From NCBI GenBank assembly GCA_965225945.1, contig CBDDBZ010000025.1, positions 32,001-96,000 on the forward strand: a stretch of DNA of 64,000 nt, given 5' to 3'. Source of the DNA: Alphaproteobacteria bacterium. Its GTDB lineage: Bacteria; Pseudomonadota; Alphaproteobacteria; GCA-2731375. The notes under the pieces are model-generated. The model was given only the letters and a program-made list of their open reading frames with translations, was not told the DNA's origin and did no database searches. Of the stretch, positions 18,649 through 28,942 are shown one piece after another; the first letter of the stretch is position 1, and every line of letters begins with the position of its first letter. A program made the translations under genes and the position numbers.

Positions 18649-19851
18649 CTACGCCACCACCCCGGCCGCCTTCAGCGCCTCGATCTCGCCCGCCTCCAAG
18701 GCCAGCCAGTCCGCCAATACCTCGCCCGTGTGCTCGCCCAAGCCCGGCTCGAGCCGGACCTCGGGCGCCGGCGCGCCGTGAAAGCGGAGCGGGCTCGCCG
18801 GCAGCACCACCGGGCCCAGGACGGGATGGTCGACATCGTGCAGCATGGCGCGCGCCCGCATGTGGGCGTCGCCCGCCACCTCCGCCAGATCGCGCACCGG
18901 TGCGGCCGGCACCCGGCGCGCCTTCAACACGGCCGCGATTTCGTCGCGCGGCCGGGCCCGGAACCAGGGCGCGATCAGGGCGTCGACCGCGTCCTCGTGC
19001 TCGGCGCGCAAGGCTTGGGTGGAGAATCGCGGGTCCTCGCCCGCCTCCGGCCGGCCCACCACCGCCAACAGCGCCCGCCAGTGGACCTCCTTGACGCAGA
19101 GCAGCGCGACATGGCCGTCGGCGCAAGGGTAGACGTCGTAGGGCGCCGAGCCCCGCGTCGGGTGGCGGTTGCCGCGCCGCTCCGCCCGCCCGCCCCGGCG
19201 CTGCATGGAGGTCAAGTTGCTGGCGAGCGCGGGGTAGAGCGCTTCCTGCATCGCCACCTCGACGCGGCGGCCCCGCCCGGTCACCGCGCGCTCCACGAGC
19301 GCGGTGACGATGCCGGCGTAGAGGTGGATGCCGCCGAGAAAATCGCAAATCGCGAGCCCGGTCTTCAGCGGCGGGCCGTCGGGCGGGCCGTTGATGCTCA
19401 TGACCCCGCCCCATGCCTGCACCGTCAGGTCCATCGCCAAATTGTCGCGGTCGGGCCCGGAGAGGCCGTAGCCGGTGCCCGAGGCGCAGACCAGCGCTGG
19501 GTTGGCGGCCATCAGGAGCTCGGCGCCGAGGCCGAGCCGCTCGAGCGCGCCGGGGGCGAAATTCTCCACCATCACGTCGGCCCGGGCGGCCAGAGCCAGC
19601 AGCAATTCCTTGCCCCGCGCGGTCTTCAGGTCGACGACGATGCCGCGCTTGTTGGAGTTCAGCATGGCGAAGGAGAGCGGCATCGAGCCGCCGCCGCGGG
19701 CGCGCAACGGTTCGCCCTCCGGCGGCTCCAGCTTGACCACGTCGGCGCCGGCATGGGCCAGGAGGAAGCTGGCATAGGCGCCGTTATAAATCTGCCCGAG
19801 GTCCAGGACCTTGATCTCGGCCAAGGGCCAGCGCGGCGGCGCCGCGCTCAT
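18649..19851 (-). CDS. CoA transferase family III (CaiB/BaiF)
   Basis: KVLDLGQ, GADVVKLEPPEGE, NSNKRGIVVDLK and VENFAPG motifs; start overlaps the ACAD stop. Confidence 0.92.
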   Translation of the reverse strand: MSAAPPRWPLAEIKVLDLGQIYNGAYASFLLAHAGADVVKLEPPEGEPLRARGGGSMPLSFAMLNSNKRGIVVDLKTARGKELLLALAARADVMVENFAPGALERLGLGAELLMAANPALVCASGTGYGLSGPDRDNLAMDLTVQAWGGVMSINGPPDGPPLKTGLAICDFLGGIHLYAGIVTALVERAVTGRGRRVEVAMQEALYPALASNLTSMQRRGGRAERRGNRHPTRGSAPYDVYPCADGHVALLCVKEVHWRALLAVVGRPEAGEDPRFSTQALRAEHEDAVDALIAPWFRARPRDEIAAVLKARRVPAAPVRDLAEVAGDAHMRARAMLHDVDHPVLGPVVLPASPLRFHGAPAPEVRLEPGLGEHTGEVLADWLALEAGEIEALKAAGVVA

Positions 19852-21011
19852 CGGAGGCCCTGGCCCAGGATGTCGCGGGCGATGACGTGCTTCTGCACCT
19901 CGCTCGGCCCCTCGCCGATGCGGCGGATGCGGATCTCCCGGTACCAGCGCTCCAGCGGCAGGTCCTTGGCGACGCCGAGGCCGCCGTGGATCTGCATCGA
20001 GCGGTCGACCACCCGGCCGCTCGCCTCCGCCGCCACCAGCTTGGCGATCGCGCTTTCGGTGCGGAACGGCTCGCCCCGGTCCGCCTTGGCCGCCGCGTCC
20101 AGCACCAGCAGGCGGGAGGTGCGGATGTCGATCTCGCTCTCCACCAGCATCCACTGGATGCCCTGGCGCGAGGCCAGGGGCGCGCCGAAGGTCTCGCGCA
20201 GCTTGGAATATTCGATCGCCATCTCGTGCGCCTTGACCGCGACGCCGATGCATTCGGCCGCATAGGGCACGCGCTGGCGCGACAGCCGGTCGTTGGCGAT
20301 GGCGAAGCCGCCGCCCTCCTCGCCCAGGATGTTCTCGTCGGGCACGCGCAAGTCGTCCAACTGGATCTCGGTCGCGTATTTGGCGCTCCGGAGCGTGTGG
20401 ACGATGCGCCGCACCTTGAAACCGGGCCAATTCGTCTCGACGATGAAGCAGGTGATGCCGCCGCGCCCGGGCCCGCCGGTGCGGGCGAAGACCAGGCCAT
20501 AGTCGGCCCTATCGGCGCCGCTGATCCACAGCTTGGTGCCGTTCAGCACCCATTCCTCACCCTCGCGCACGGCCCGGGTCTGGATCGCGCGGGCCGGGTC
20601 GCTTCCGCCGGAGGGCTCCGAGAGGGCGAAGAAGGCCCGCTTCTCGCCGGCCAGCATGGGATAGAGGTATTTTTCCTTCTGCGGCTCGGTCGCCTCGAAC
20701 AGTTGCGCCTGGCGGGCCCCGCCGAAGGCGTTGTAGCAGGGCGCGTAGAGCCCGGCGCGATGCTGGCTGCACTCGATGGCGATCAGCGAGCGGGTGACCA
20801 GGTCGATCTCGGGGCCGCCGTATTCGGGCGGCGTATCGAGGCCGTAGAGCCCCATCGCCTTGGTCTTCTCCACCAGCGGCGCGAGTTGTTCCGGCGCCAG
20901 TTCGTCGGCGTCGGGATCGAGATCGCCCTCGAGCGGCACGATCTCCTGGGCGACGAAGCGCCGCACCATGTCGACGATCAATCGCTGTTCATCGCTCAAG
21001 GCGAGGTCCAT
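19848..21011 (-). CDS. Acyl-CoA dehydrogenase
   Basis: FALSEPSGGSD, LNGTKLWIS, QIHGGLG and RIGEGPSEV motifs. Confidence 0.94.
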   Translation of the reverse strand: MDLALSDEQRLIVDMVRRFVAQEIVPLEGDLDPDADELAPEQLAPLVEKTKAMGLYGLDTPPEYGGPEIDLVTRSLIAIECSQHRAGLYAPCYNAFGGARQAQLFEATEPQKEKYLYPMLAGEKRAFFALSEPSGGSDPARAIQTRAVREGEEWVLNGTKLWISGADRADYGLVFARTGGPGRGGITCFIVETNWPGFKVRRIVHTLRSAKYATEIQLDDLRVPDENILGEEGGGFAIANDRLSRQRVPYAAECIGVAVKAHEMAIEYSKLRETFGAPLASRQGIQWMLVESEIDIRTSRLLVLDAAAKADRGEPFRTESAIAKLVAAEASGRVVDRSMQIHGGLGVAKDLPLERWYREIRIRRIGEGPSEVQKHVIARDILGQGLR

Positions 21012-21234
21012 CGCCCTCTCCTTTCGTCGTCTTCGCGGGGCGCGGCCGCGCCGGGGCGGGAAGTGCCGGGGAGTATGTTTGATCGCGCCCGGCGACGGAA
21101 GGGCGGGGGCGTGGTCCGGCCGGGTCGGGCGAGCCCGGCGATTCCGCGTGAGCGGATCATACTATTCCCCGCGCTTGACTGGGCGGCGCGTCCAGGGCTC
21201 TGATGACCGCCGGAGCGAGGCGAGAGCGCATGCC

Positions 21235-21810
21235 ATGAACACCACCACGACCACCGCGCGGCAGCTGAGCCGCGACGAGTTGGAAGCCGGCCTCGCGGCG
21301 GCCGGAGCCTCGCCCCGGGACCGGGGTCGGCTGGACGCGATCGTCATTCGCCCGCAACACGACTCGCGGCAAAGCTTGCGAAGCTCCGAGATCAGCCTGG
21401 CGCGGGGCGTCCACGGCGACCATTGGGAACAGGGCTGCTGGATGTCGACGGACGACGGCGCGCCGCACCCCGACGTGCAGATCTGCATCATGAATTCCCG
21501 GGTGGCCCAGCTCGTGGCTCGGGACCGGGCGCACTGGCCGCTCGCCGGCGACAACCTCTTCGTCGATCTCGACCTGGGGCCGGAGAACCTGCCGCCGGGC
21601 CAGCGCTTGGGCGTCGGGAGCGCGGTGCTCGAGATCAGCCCGGTGCCACACCTCGGCTGCCAAAAGTTCGCCGCGCGCTTCGGTCGCGACGCCGTGCGCT
21701 TCGTCAACTCCGCCGAGGGCAAGGCGCGGCACCTGCGCGGCATTTACGCGCGCGTGGTCCGCGACGGCACCATCGCGGTCGGCGACGTGGTGAGCAAGAT
21801 CGGTGACTAG
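21235..21810 (+). CDS. MOSC domain-containing protein
   Basis: GVHGDHW, AGDNLFVDLDL, PHLGCQKF and RGIYARVVRDG motifs. Confidence 0.85.
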   Translation: MNTTTTTARQLSRDELEAGLAAAGASPRDRGRLDAIVIRPQHDSRQSLRSSEISLARGVHGDHWEQGCWMSTDDGAPHPDVQICIMNSRVAQLVARDRAHWPLAGDNLFVDLDLGPENLPPGQRLGVGSAVLEISPVPHLGCQKFAARFGRDAVRFVNSAEGKARHLRGIYARVVRDGTIAVGDVVSKIGD

Positions 21811-21897
21811 AGCCGAATCAATCCGGGAAAAAGCACACCGGGGCGAGGCCGAGGGAGCTATTTCTCGATCAACGATGTAGGTCGCCGGCGCCACCAT

Positions 21898-22121
21898 TCA
21901 GATCGAGAAGCCGCCGGTCCTGGTCTCGAGATATTCGAAGATGCCCTCGCGGCTGAACTCGCGGCCGAGACCGCTGTCCTCCATCCCGCCGCGCGAATCG
22001 CCGCCCGCGCCTCCGCCCGGCCACCGTCGGCGACACACCTGATCACCGCGCCGCTCGCGGGGTTGATCACCTCGAAGCCGGCGTCGGCGGGCGCCGTGGC
22101 CCACTTGCCGTCGATGTACAT
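21898..22121 (-). pseudogene. Aldehyde dehydrogenase (GabD-like) remnant with a large internal deletion
   Basis: The ALDH N-terminus MYIDGKW...FEVINPASG is joined out of frame to the ALDH C-terminus GGMEDSGLGRE...EYLETRTGGFSI*. Confidence 0.8.
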
Positions 22122-22154
22122 TCTCGCGTTCGCTCTCGCTGTCGCCCCGCCCGT

Positions 22155-23921
22155 CTATTCCGGCAAGCCGGCGCGGCGCATCGCGTCGAGCAGGCGCGTG
22201 CGCGTCTCCGAGTGCATGCTCGCCATCACATTGTCGAAAAAAGCCACCGATATCTCGGGGTCGAGGCGGACCAGGCGCTCCCGCGCCTCCCCGGCCTCCT
22301 CCAGTCGTCCGAGCATCGCGGCACTGGCGGCGTAGAGGGCGTGAGATGCGAGATATCGGGGGTTGCTCGTGAATGCCCGCGCGCCCCAAGTCATGGCATC
22401 CTCGTAACGGGCGGCGGCGAAATGGGCAAGGCAGAGCCCGGACTGCTGTAGGTAGCCGAAGGGATCGTTCGGGCTGAGGCGCATCGCCCGCTCGATGCAC
22501 GCGACCCCCTCGTCCGCCTCGCCCCGCCAGACGTGGACGCGGCCCCGGAATTGCCAGGCGAAGGCGAGATTGGGGTTCGTCTCCAGGGCACGTGTCATCA
22601 GCGAAAGGCACTCGTCCAGCCTGTTCTCGACCAACATCATCCATGTCGCCAGGATCACCTGCCCGAAGGGATCGGCGTTGTCGAGCGCGACCGCCGCCTC
22701 GCTCAGCGCCAACCCCTTGCCCGAGAGTTCTTTCGAGGCTGCCCTGGGGTCGGTGACGTATTCGAGGAGATAGGACCAAGCGGCGGCGGCGTGGGCGGCG
22801 GCGAACCTCGGGTCCAGACGCGTGGCCTGTTCGAGCAGGGCGCGCCCTCGCGCGAAGCCCTCCGGGGTCAAGCCGTGAATGTGCGAAAGGCCTTGGTAAT
22901 AGCAGTCATGGGCGGGCAGGCTGTCGGTGGGCCTGCGCTCGCCCCGGCGGGCTTCGGAGCGGCGAATCTCCGGCTCGATCCGCCCGACGATCGCCTCGGT
23001 GATTTCGTCCTGCAGATCGAACAGGTCGTCGATGCGGCGATCGTAGCGCTCCGCCCACAGGTGCCCGCCGCTCTCGGCCTCGATGAGCTGGGCGTTGATG
23101 CGGATGCGATCCCGGGACTTCCGGACGCTGCCCTCGAGCACGTATCGAACGCCCAGTTCGCGGCCCACTTGTTTGATGTCGACGTTCCGTCCCCGGAAGA
23201 CGAAGGATGAATTGCGGGCGATGACGAAGAGTTGGTGAAAGCACGAGAGGCTGGTGATGATGTCCTCCGCCGTGCCGTCGGCGAAGTATTCCTGTTCCGC
23301 ATCGTCCGACATGTTGGCGAAGGGCAGCACGGCGATCGAGGGTTTCTCCGGCAACGACAGTGATTCGGAATCCGCCGGTGGTGCCGCCGCCGCTTCCGGG
23401 TCCCAGCGCCAGACCCTGATCGGGGTCACGATGTTCTTCAACTCGCGCGGGCCGGTGTCGGTGAAGACGAGATCGACCCTGCCGCCGAGATGCAGGTGCG
23501 CCGCGTCGGAGACCGCGATCCCGCCGACGGGCGCGATCTCTTGCAGGCGGGCCGCGATGTTGACGCCGTCGCCGAGGAGATCGCGTCCCTCGACCACCAC
23601 GTCGCCGAGATTGACGCCGATCCGGATTCGAATGCGCCGGTCCTCCGGCAGGTCGGCGAAGCGGGCCGGAAGCGCGCGCTGAATCTCGGCGGCCGCGGTG
23701 ACCGCGTCGACCACGCTTTCGAACTCGGCCAGCAGCCCGTCGCCCATCAGCTTGACGACGCGGCCCCGATGACGCTTCAGGGCCGGCTCGACCAGTTCCT
23801 TTCGCAGCGCTCGCAAGGCCGATAGCGTTCCGGCCTCGTCGAGGCCGACGAGGCGCGAATAGCCGACGACGTCGGCGGCCAGGATCGCCGCGAGCCTGCG
23901 CCTCGTCGTCCCCTCCGCCAT
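22155..23921 (-). CDS. Class III adenylate/guanylate cyclase with TolB-like and TPR domains
   Basis: AAILAADVVGYSRL, MGDG, GDGVNIAARLQ, KPSIAVLPFANMS and TPR-like helical repeats. Confidence 0.92.
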   Translation of the reverse strand: MAEGTTRRRLAAILAADVVGYSRLVGLDEAGTLSALRALRKELVEPALKRHRGRVVKLMGDGLLAEFESVVDAVTAAAEIQRALPARFADLPEDRRIRIRIGVNLGDVVVEGRDLLGDGVNIAARLQEIAPVGGIAVSDAAHLHLGGRVDLVFTDTGPRELKNIVTPIRVWRWDPEAAAAPPADSESLSLPEKPSIAVLPFANMSDDAEQEYFADGTAEDIITSLSCFHQLFVIARNSSFVFRGRNVDIKQVGRELGVRYVLEGSVRKSRDRIRINAQLIEAESGGHLWAERYDRRIDDLFDLQDEITEAIVGRIEPEIRRSEARRGERRPTDSLPAHDCYYQGLSHIHGLTPEGFARGRALLEQATRLDPRFAAAHAAAAWSYLLEYVTDPRAASKELSGKGLALSEAAVALDNADPFGQVILATWMMLVENRLDECLSLMTRALETNPNLAFAWQFRGRVHVWRGEADEGVACIERAMRLSPNDPFGYLQQSGLCLAHFAAARYEDAMTWGARAFTSNPRYLASHALYAASAAMLGRLEEAGEARERLVRLDPEISVAFFDNVMASMHSETRTRLLDAMRRAGLPE

Positions 23922-25147
23922 GCGCGCCCGTCTCCCGAGGTTTCGCCCGAGGCAAGTTAGCGCACGGAGCATACTGACTCCACCGACCCCGCGTGAAATG
24001 GGTTCGGTTGACCGCACCATCGCGGAACGGAAAAATGCCTTGCCCCGTACAGGAGAGGGACCAACCCGCCCATGACGTCACGCAGCCTTCGCGGCCAGGT
24101 GGCGATCGCCGGCATCGGCGAGACGACCTATTACAAGCACGGCCGCTCGCCCGACCCGGAGTTCAAGCTGGCCCTCATGGCGATCCTGAGGGCGGCCGAG
24201 GACGCCGGGATCGATGCGCGCGAGATCGACGGCTTCGCCTCTTATAGCAACGACCGGAACGAGCCCTCGCGGATCGCCGCGGCGCTGGGCATCAAGGAGC
24301 TGCGCTTCGCCAACATGCAGTGGGGCGGCGGCGGTGGCGGCGGAGCGGCCGCCGTCGGCAACGCGGCCGCCGCCGTGGCGACGGGGCTGGCAAACTGCGT
24401 CGTGGTCTTCCGCGCGCTGGCCCAAGGCCAGTTCGCCCGCTTCGGCCAGGGCTCGCAAAGCCCCACCATCTCCGGCGACAAGGCATACGAAGCGCCCCAT
24501 GGCATGATGTCGCCGGGCCAGCGCTACGCCATGAAGGTGATGCGGTTTTTCGAGGAGCACGCCATTGCGCCCTCGGCGCTGCGCGGCATCGCGCTCGCCT
24601 CCTACCACCACGCGCAATCGAATCCCCGCGCGGTGATGCACGGCCGGCCGCTGGACGAGGCGAGCTACGATGCCTCGCGCTGGATCGTCGAACCGTTCCG
24701 CCTCTACGACTGCTGCCAGGAAAACGACGGCGCCGCCGCGCTGATCGTGGTGCCGGCGGAGCGCGCCCGCGACCTGGCCCACCCGCCCTGTTATTTGCTA
24801 AGCGTCGCCGCCGGCTCCGAGCATCGCTGCGCCGCGCCGAGCCACAACGCGCCCAGCTACGCCAGCGCCAGCTTTACCACCGTGGCCCCGCACCTATACG
24901 CGATGGCGGGCCTCGGAGCGAATGTCGGTGGCGATGAAAAACCGCGCTTAGATGGTGATTTCAGCGACATCGGGCATCGTGGCGCTGTAGCTGCGTGGTT
25001 TGCAGGCGGGAGTTGGCTCGGCGCAGCGGTGGGTAAGTAGCCCGCCGCAGCGACCGCCAAGAGTCTGGCGGCGGCGGGCTGCTTATCCACCGCGGGCGGG
25101 CGTCTCGATTCCTGTTTTGGCTGGCTGGCGGCGGCGGTTCCGCGGAC

Positions 25148-25175
25148 CTGACAAGGGGAGCCGCGGGAGTACACT
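25148..25175 (+). promoter_or_regulatory. Putative sigma70-type promoter of the transposon operon
   Basis: CTGACA-N16-TACACT directly ahead of a structured leader; motif match only. Confidence 0.4.
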
Positions 25176-25323
25176 CGGGCCGCTGAGAACGATGCGGCGC
25201 CGGCCCCGTTTGCTTGCTGGCAACGACCGGCACCGCACCCCCCGAGCCATGCAAGGCACGACCCATATGCGCAGTATCGTGCGGGTTTGGGCGTGGGTCC
25301 ACCCCGTTCTCATCGGCTGCGCG

Positions 25324-25764
25324 ATGAAGAACACCGCCCGCCTGTTCAACTGCGCCTCGTGCCATCAACAGGTGGTTCTCTGCCGGCACTGCGACCACGG
25401 CAACATCTACTGTTCACGGAGCTGCAGCGATCGGGTGCGCCGGCGATCGCAGCGCCATGCCGGGCAGCGCTACCAGAACAGCCGGCGGGGCCGTCACAAG
25501 CATGCTGAGCGCCAGCGGCGCTATCGCGAACGCCGGCGGCGCCGGACGCCGGTGAATCGGCGCCGCGGGCAGGAAGTGACGCATCACCCTTTGACCGCCG
25601 CGCGGCGGCGTCCTGTTGTGGTGCGGACGCCGGCAGGGCGTCCCGGAACACGGCCCTTCGGGCACGAGCGGCCCGCCAGGGTCTTCCGCTGCGATCGCTG
25701 CGGCCGGTTCTGCGGGCAGGCGGTCTATCCGGGGCTGCGCCCGACGGGAAAGGGGGTGAGATGA
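25324..25764 (+). CDS. Cys-rich, Arg-rich putative Zn-finger protein upstream of istA
   Basis: CASC, CRHC, YCSRSC and a C-terminal CDRC; its stop overlaps the istA ATG (ATGA). Confidence 0.75.
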   Translation: MKNTARLFNCASCHQQVVLCRHCDHGNIYCSRSCSDRVRRRSQRHAGQRYQNSRRGRHKHAERQRRYRERRRRRTPVNRRRGQEVTHHPLTAARRRPVVVRTPAGRPGTRPFGHERPARVFRCDRCGRFCGQAVYPGLRPTGKGVR

Positions 25765-27264
25765 CCATCGACAAGGAGACCCGCGCGGAGATCCTGCGCC
25801 TGTATCACGTCGAGAAGTGGACGGTCGGCACGATCACACGCCAGCTCGGCGTGCATCGCTACACCGTCGAGCGCCTCCTCACCGCGGCCGGCGAGCCCCG
25901 GGACGCGAGGTCGCCCAGGCCGTCGATGATCGATCCATACGTGCCGTTCATCGCCGAGACGCTGGCATCCTGGCCGACGCTGCCCGCCAGCCGGCTCTAC
26001 CAGATGGTGCGCGAACGCGGCTATCCGGGCGGCGGCGACCACTTCCGTCATCTGCTCAGCCACTTCAGGCCCAGGCCCGTGGCCGAGGCCTATCTGCGCC
26101 TCAAGACCCTTCCCGGCGAGCAGGCCCAGGTCGACTGGGGACACTTCGGCAAGGTGACGATCGGCCGCGCGGAGCGCCGCCTGATGGGCTTCGTGATGGT
26201 TCTCAGCTACTCGCGGCGGATCTTCCTGCGCTTCTACCTCGACGCCGGGATGAGCAACTTCCTGCGCGGCCATGTCGAAGCCTCGAGGCGTGGCAGGGCG
26301 TGCCCCGCGAGCTCTGGTACGACAACCTGAAGAGCGTCGTGCTGGAGCGCCGCGGCGCCGCCATCCGGTTCAATCCCCGGATCCTCGACCTCGCCGGCCA
26401 CTACCACTTCCTGCCCAAGCCCGTCGCGGTCGCGCGCGGCAACGAGAAGGGGCGCGTGGAGCGGGCGATTCGCTATGTCCGGACCAGCTTCTTCGCCGCC
26501 CGCCGGTGGCGCGATATCGACGATCTCAACGCCCAGGCCCTGGCCTGGTGCCACGGCATCGCCGCCGACCGCCCCTGGCCCGAAGACCGCTCGATCACCG
26601 TGCGCGAGGCCTTCGAGCGGGAACGCGGCTCTCTCATCGCGCTGCCCGGCGATCCCTTCCCCGACCACGACCGGGTCGAGGTCGCCATCGGCAAGACCCC
26701 CTACGCCCGCTTCGATCTCAACGATTACAGCGTGCCGCACACCCATGTGCGGCGCACCCTCGTCGTGGTCGCGACGCTCGACGAGGTGCGCATCCTCGAC
26801 GGTGTGGACGTCATCGCCAGCCATCCGCGCAGCTTCGACAAGGCGGCCCGCATCGAGAACCCCGAGCACATCGCCGAGCTGGTCAGGCGCAAGAGCCATG
26901 CCCGCCGCCTTCGCGGCCAGGACCGCTGGTCCAGGCCGCGCCCAACAGCGAGCGCCTGCTCGCCGAGGCCGCCCAGCGCGGCGGCTATATAGGCGCCACC
27001 GTCGCCGCCCTGTTGCGCCTCCTCGACGCCTACGGCGCCGCCGAGCTCGAGGCGGCCATCGACGAGGCCCTGAAGCGGGACGTTCCCCATCCCAACGCCG
27101 TGCGCCTGAGCCTGACCCGGCGGCGCGAGCTGCGGCACCAACCCCCGCCCATCCCCGTCGAACTGCCCGGCGATCCGAGAGTGCGCGACATCACTGTCCG
27201 CGATCACGACCTCGTCGGATACGACGGGCTGGCCGGCGAACCCGAGGAGGACAGCGAGCAATGA
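25761..27264 (+). CDS. istA: IS21-family transposase IstA with two apparent single-base frameshifts (near 26282 and 26928)
   Basis: DDE motifs [15 protein letters not shown] and EKGRVER plus [10 protein letters not shown], spread over three consecutive frames. Confidence 0.88.
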
Positions 27265-28049
27265 ACGATACCCTCATGGGCCGTGCCCGGGCGCTCGGCC
27301 TGCACGGCCTCGCCGCCCACTGGGGCGAGGTCGCCGGGCATGACTGGCCCGCTGCGCTGGTCGCCTGGGAAGAGGAGGAACGGCGAAGCCGCAGCCTCAA
27401 GCGCCGCCTCGCCGACGCCCGCCTCGGACAGTTCAAGCCGCTCGCCGACTTCGACTGGGCATGGCCGCGCCGCTGCGACCGCATGGCCGTCGAGGATCTC
27501 ATGAGCCTCGAGTTCCTCAACGAGGCCGCCAACGTCGTCCTGGTCGGCCCAAACGGCGTCGGCAAGTCGACCATCGCCGCCAATATCGCCCACCGCGCCG
27601 TCCTCGAGGGCCACACCGTGCGCTTCGCCACCGCGGCCAGCATGCTCGGCGAGCTCGCCGCCCTCGACAGCGACACCCTGCTTCAGCGCAGGCTGCGCTT
27701 CTACGCCCGCCAGCACCTGCTGGTGATCGACGAGGTCGGATACCTGTCCTACAGCAACCGCCATGCCGATCTGCTGTTCAACATCGTCTCCAGCCGCAGC
27801 CAGCAGAACTCCACCATAATCACCACCAACCGGCCCTTCGCCGAGTGGGGTGAGGCCTTCCCCAACGCCGCCTGCCTCGTCGCCCTGGTCGACCGCCTCG
27901 TCCACAACGCCGAGATCATCGCCATCGACGCCGAGTCCTGGCGCCGCAAGGAGGCCGAGGAACGCCAGAAGCAGCGCAGCGCCGAGCGCCGCCGGCGGCG
28001 AGCCGGCAAGGCCGGCGCGCAGGACCGCGGGGAACCGCCGCCGGCGTAG
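27261..28049 (+). CDS. istB: IS21-family AAA+ ATPase IstB
   Basis: Walker A GPNGVGKS, Walker B LLVIDEVG, TTNRPFAEW and DRLVHNA motifs. Confidence 0.93.
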   Translation: MNDTLMGRARALGLHGLAAHWGEVAGHDWPAALVAWEEEERRSRSLKRRLADARLGQFKPLADFDWAWPRRCDRMAVEDLMSLEFLNEAANVVLVGPNGVGKSTIAANIAHRAVLEGHTVRFATAASMLGELAALDSDTLLQRRLRFYARQHLLVIDEVGYLSYSNRHADLLFNIVSSRSQQNSTIITTNRPFAEWGEAFPNAACLVALVDRLVHNAEIIAIDAESWRRKEAEERQKQRSAERRRRRAGKAGAQDRGEPPPA

Positions 28050-28051
28050 CC

Positions 28052-28942
28052 ATGGATGGTCCCCGCCTCTGGGACCGGCGGGTGCGGGCCGAGGCCCTGC
28101 GAGGCTATCCCCTCGAAGACGTCGTCCGCCGCCTCGGCTACCGCCGCGATCCCACCGATGCCGCGCGCTGGAGGCGTCCCGGATCCGTCGTCAGCATCAA
28201 CGGCTTTATGTTCTACGAACATCTGCGCGGCGGGGGCGGAGCGATCGACCTGGTAATCCATGCCTGCCGGTGCACCGTGCCCGAGGCCCTCGGCTTCTTC
28301 TCGGAACTGCCGTGCCGTGACCGGTTCCCGGCCGATCGCCACCCGAAGCCGCCGTGCCCGGACCGCCACTGGCCCGCCATCCAGAGCTACCTCGTCGAGC
28401 AGCGCGGCCTCGCGGATGTGCTCGTCGCCCTGTGCCGCGACCTCGGCTTGCTCTACGCCGACCGCCACGGCAACGCCGTGTTCGTCCGCCGAAACGCGGC
28501 CGGCGAGGCTCTCGGCGCCGAGATCGTCCCTGCCGCGGCGCCACGCCGCCTCGCGCCGACCGGCGCCGCCGCGCGCGGCGGCTTCTGGATGTCGTGGGAA
28601 CCCGACTGGCCGAACTCCGTCATCCTCGCCAAGAACGCAATCGACGCCCTGTCGGTCCTCTCCCTCCACCTCGTCCCGGCCGGGCGCAAGGGATGCGCCG
28701 TGGTCTCAACCGGCGGCGCCACCGCAAGCCTCCCCGAATGGATCGAGGCCTGGAACCCCGGCCGGATCTTCTGCGCCTACGACGCCACCCGCCAGGGCGA
28801 TGACGCCGCGGCACGGCTCATCCGAAACGACAGCAGGGTCGTCCGCCTGCGCCCTGCCCTCGACGGCCTGGACTGGAACGACATGCTCATGCGCGACCGC
28901 GCCGGCGAACCGCTCCAGATCGATGACCGGCCCCTCGACTGA
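28052..28942 (+). CDS. Primase-like protein with DUF3991/TOPRIM-type architecture and a degenerate active site
   Basis: GGGAIDLV, YLVEQRGL, LYADRHGNAVF, AIDALS, STGG, CAYDA..GD and DWND motifs. Confidence 0.75.
   Translation: MDGPRLWDRRVRAEALRGYPLEDVVRRLGYRRDPTDAARWRRPGSVVSINGFMFYEHLRGGGGAIDLVIHACRCTVPEALGFFSELPCRDRFPADRHPKPPCPDRHWPAIQSYLVEQRGLADVLVALCRDLGLLYADRHGNAVFVRRNAAGEALGAEIVPAAAPRRLAPTGAAARGGFWMSWEPDWPNSVILAKNAIDALSVLSLHLVPAGRKGCAVVSTGGATASLPEWIEAWNPGRIFCAYDATRQGDDAAARLIRNDSRVVRLRPALDGLDWNDMLMRDRAGEPLQIDDRPLD

Noticed and set aside
21808-21880. Possible second RIME-like repeat starting ctagagc
   Set aside because: No convincing inverted partner arm was found.
26270-26940. Programmed frameshifting within istA
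   Set aside because: There are no slippery A-rich heptamers at either site; both look like single-base deletions.
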